Shown here: positions 60,999 to 64,000 of the stretch, piece after piece
Position numbering within the stretch: the first letter of the stretch is position 1
Layout of the letters: each line of letters starts with the position of its first letter
NCBI GenBank assembly: GCA_965645245.1
Contig: OZ287082.1
Location: 186,001 to 250,000, forward strand
Direction: 5' to 3'
Source of the DNA: Massalongia carnosa
Taxonomy: Eukaryota
Length of the DNA stretch: 64,000 nucleotides
The notes under the pieces: generated by a model
The model's database searches: none
What the model was told of the DNA's origin: nothing
What the model saw: only the letters and a program-made list of their open reading frames with translations
Made by a program: the position numbers and the translations under genes

Positions 60999-61831
60999 AT
61001 AAATAATTTTTAACTTCAATACTATCGTTACGACTCAAAACGATTGTTTAATTGAATAAAATCGATTGAATTTGATACGATTTTATCGTTATAATACCCC
61101 GAAGTAAAATTAATCAATTATCATTGAAAGCGCAGAAAAAATTTAATTAATTGAGTTAAAAGGAGACTCTAGTTACAGGTAATCGCATTGACTATATAGC
61201 TATCTGATAGAAAAAGAGCAGACTTTTCACCAAAGGGCAAAGCGCGCTAAACCTAAAACCTTCCTAGAGAAGATTAGACTACCCGCTATCCACGTTATGA
61301 GGTAGTGAGCCCAACAAGCCATTATAACCATAATCGCAACCGCCATTCAACAAATTGATCAATTATTTCTAATAAAATGTTCGTGCTTTAATTAATCATA
61401 TTATTTTATATGAAGTACACGCATTTGAATTTTTGTAATTTTCTGAATTCGAGAATTGATTATCTTGAGGCATGATACGAAAATTTGAAAGCAATAGTTT
61501 ATTTGTTTACTATCTGTAGAGGCTTTACCAACTCTAAAATGTACGCTAGGTCTAAGCGGGCAGTCACAAACTGTCTGGCACATTCTGATTTGACCTCTGA
61601 GTCCAAACATCAACTTTTAACAGGTGTCGAAGCGCAGGTGCATTTATCTTCTCAAGTAACTAATACTAGATGTCCTGGAAGAATATTTGATGGTTCAATA
61701 AATTGATACTCAGCTCTGCTTCTCAATGATTTCTTCGATTCTGTCGATTGTGAGACCAATTCTCCAATAATTTTCTTCATAACCAACTCTCGCAGGCGTT
61801 TCTGATGAGGACAAAGTCCAAGGAGTTTTCA

Positions 61832-64000
61832 CTACCTTTTATTCACCTCCTCATTCAACTCCTCGTCCAACTCTTCATCCGTATCCTCCTCAGATTCACC
61901 CGGTAGCTTGATATTAGGCTTGTGGGCTCTCCAGACTTGTCTTAGCGCTGACTGAAGCACATCAAAATCATCATGATATAAAGTCTTTTCCCATTTTTCG
62001 ATGAATGGCCACAGCATCTCTGACTCCTCGTTATTGAGGTAAGCTCGAGCTGGCTCCTGAGAATGGTTATACTGCTTGGAAGGGTAAACAATACACACGA
62101 TCTTCCTTGACGGCCTCATGACCTTGGACTCTATCGCCGCAGCGAAATCTTGAAATTCGGGAAACCCATTGAAAAGATCCTCTAGCCAAAACATCGCCGA
62201 GCAGCTGAACTCAATATTGTACATCTTCACCTGGAATTGTGCAAAATTAAACGTTGGTTGGTTAGATAGGTCGATCATGTACCGGAAATTGATGTTTGCA
62301 CCTTGAGCGATTAAGGCTTTAGTGGTTTTCCAAATATCATCTAAAGTGACTCGATGATCGTTGTGATCAAGATGAGTTGAGCAGTGGATTCCAAACAGGG
62401 TGCGCAGTAAAGGGTCGAGAAGCGGACCAATGTAATTGACCGAATTGAGTCTGGCTGAAAGAAATTTAGAGTCCTTCCATGTGAGAAACATTAAGAAATC
62501 CAGCCACTTGCCCCAGAAACAAGAACGGTAGGGAAAGTCTGCTAGTCCGAACAAGCCCTCGGCCGGCTTGACTTGCACCATGGGATTCGCGCCTGCCTTT
62601 AGGAGGACTCGGACAAAAGTGAGGTTAGCTGCAGGGTTGATTTGCATGTTAAGTGGATGACAACAAGCAAGCAGATACGTCTCGGCTAGCGCATTGGAAT
62701 CTACTTGGATCTCTGTCTGCTCGGCTACTTGGTCATTTCTTTTCCACTTGAGATGTTCGTTAAGCTGTTTGTGGTAGCCGGAAGGGTGCAATTGATGATT
62801 GGTAGGAGGAACCCACGATAGGCTCTGAACGACGGTTCCATCGTTAGCATGTAATTCCCGAAGGCCATAGAAACTTGCAGGCTCGACAAGTGGGAGATCG
62901 AGCACTTCGCAAACATATCGCACCACTCCAAAGTGTGCAGCCATACCGATTAGATCAATCAAGCCCTCACGCAAACGATGAGTTACAAAAAGGTCTAACG
63001 TCGAGCTCTGCCCTTGGAGTTTTGTGTCCGCTGTGATGCGGTGCTTCGGTATGAAGGAATAGGCATGCAACGATCGCATAAACTTCGCTTGAGCAGCGCC
63101 AACCAATTCTTCTATTATCGATACTTGGAGCATTACATATTGCAGGGGCAAGTATACTGAGAACATGAAACTAAAACGCTCGAGAGGCTCGCCGTCTTTC
63201 TGGGAGAAATAAACCAGGTGAGCAAATGTCCCTCGGGCAATAGAAAGGCGTAGATGTTGCTCCAAAATCCCTGTATTAGCCATAAATACTTTTGCTGCTG
63301 CGTTGTGTAAGAGAAAATCTCGGACAGTTCTATGATGGACTTGAACTTTAGTGAATCCGATCTGGTCATAATTTTCTTTCCCAAAATACGGATAATTTTC
63401 TTTCCGAAGATTCGACTCATCAATCTCTTCGGATGGCGTAAGGTCCAACAGTCCTACAGTGTGAGAGAGCAATCGGGTCTTTAGATCATGACAAGCTTTG
63501 ACTATCTCATGCGCATCAATTCCATCATAGGCTAAAGGTAAATCTTCGACTACTCGCTGTGAATCTATAAAGTATAGCTTATAGAGATCTAGACTAGACG
63601 AATTTGGAACCGGAAACTGCTGACATAGAACAATCTGGATGAGTCTTGCAGCTTCTCGTCGATATGCAGGCTTTATCCGATCGAGCATCTTTATGTAAAG
63701 ACTGTCTACTCCAGCAGGGAGCTCTTCTATCGCTCGTGCAAGCTCGTGCAAGTCGGCAAAATCCTGCAAGCCATCGCGAACATCCCTAATGGCAATGACA
63801 ACCCAAAGGAACACCCCTTCCGCCCGCCTCACTATCTTGTGTAATAAATCGTTGGCTTTTTCCTGGTTATTCGAGTCGCTTGAGAATCGCTGCTGGATCA
63901 AGTCCATGAGCTGACCATGAGCGTACGCATTAATGCTGTCGGATGTCATATCCTGTAACCTCAAACCTGGCTTGTCGGCGAATGCTTTCTCGAAATCCAA
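61832..64000 (-). CDS. C-terminal part of a NACHT/STAND (fungal NLR-like) protein; 5' part outside the window
   Basis: LRLQDMTSDSI..Y, AEGVFLWV, ELPAGVDSLY..ML.RI, GLLDL, HRTVRDFL; open for 722 codons. Confidence 0.85.
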   Translation of the reverse strand: MDFEKAFADKPGLRLQDMTSDSINAYAHGQLMDLIQQRFSSDSNNQEKANDLLHKIVRRAEGVFLWVVIAIRDVRDGLQDFADLHELARAIEELPAGVDSLYIKMLDRIKPAYRREAARLIQIVLCQQFPVPNSSSLDLYKLYFIDSQRVVEDLPLAYDGIDAHEIVKACHDLKTRLLSHTVGLLDLTPSEEIDESNLRKENYPYFGKENYDQIGFTKVQVHHRTVRDFLLHNAAAKVFMANTGILEQHLRLSIARGTFAHLVYFSQKDGEPLERFSFMFSVYLPLQYVMLQVSIIEELVGAAQAKFMRSLHAYSFIPKHRITADTKLQGQSSTLDLFVTHRLREGLIDLIGMAAHFGVVRYVCEVLDLPLVEPASFYGLRELHANDGTVVQSLSWVPPTNHQLHPSGYHKQLNEHLKWKRNDQVAEQTEIQVDSNALAETYLLACCHPLNMQINPAANLTFVRVLLKAGANPMVQVKPAEGLFGLADFPYRSCFWGKWLDFLMFLTWKDSKFLSARLNSVNYIGPLLDPLLRTLFGIHCSTHLDHNDHRVTLDDIWKTTKALIAQGANINFRYMIDLSNQPTFNFAQFQVKMYNIEFSCSAMFWLEDLFNGFPEFQDFAAAIESKVMRPSRKIVCIVYPSKQYNHSQEPARAYLNNEESEMLWPFIEKWEKTLYHDDFDVLQSALRQVWRAHKPNIKLPGESEEDTDEELDEELNEEVNKR

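Noticed and set aside
61802..61825. CTGATGA-GGAC-AAA-GTCC as a hammerhead ribozyme core
   Set aside because: The required GAAA after stem II is absent (AAGG) and stems I/III are not evident. The same applies to CTGATGA near 59556 and 59687.

Overview
Eukaryotic window from a filamentous ascomycete (Pezizomycotina-type): about 53-58 nt GT-AG introns and fungus-specific gene families. About two-thirds is a nested transposon landscape. It holds three Ty3/Gypsy elements (a chromovirus with a self-priming PBS and one nonsense mutation; an apparently intact non-chromovirus with protease in ORF1, a 4-bp TSD and an extra ORF3; an internally deleted one), one degenerate Ty1/Copia, four pogo/Fot1-type DDE_1 transposons (one with an intact 663-aa ORF), a truncated Tad1-like LINE, a 52-bp LINE-tail insertion, a MITE and more than 12 solo LTRs. 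These are separated by AT-rich, RIP-like spacers. Host genes are of accessory-region type: an intact FunK1/Sgk2 kinase, a small Cys-rich ORF, a DUF3433 membrane protein, the C-terminal part of a NACHT/NLR-like gene, and pseudogenes (DUF6601-like, PD-(D/E)XK-like, Zn-ADH, MFS monocarboxylate transporter). No rRNA, tRNA or CRISPR features were seen. Family assignments come from motif recognition by eye, not database searches.
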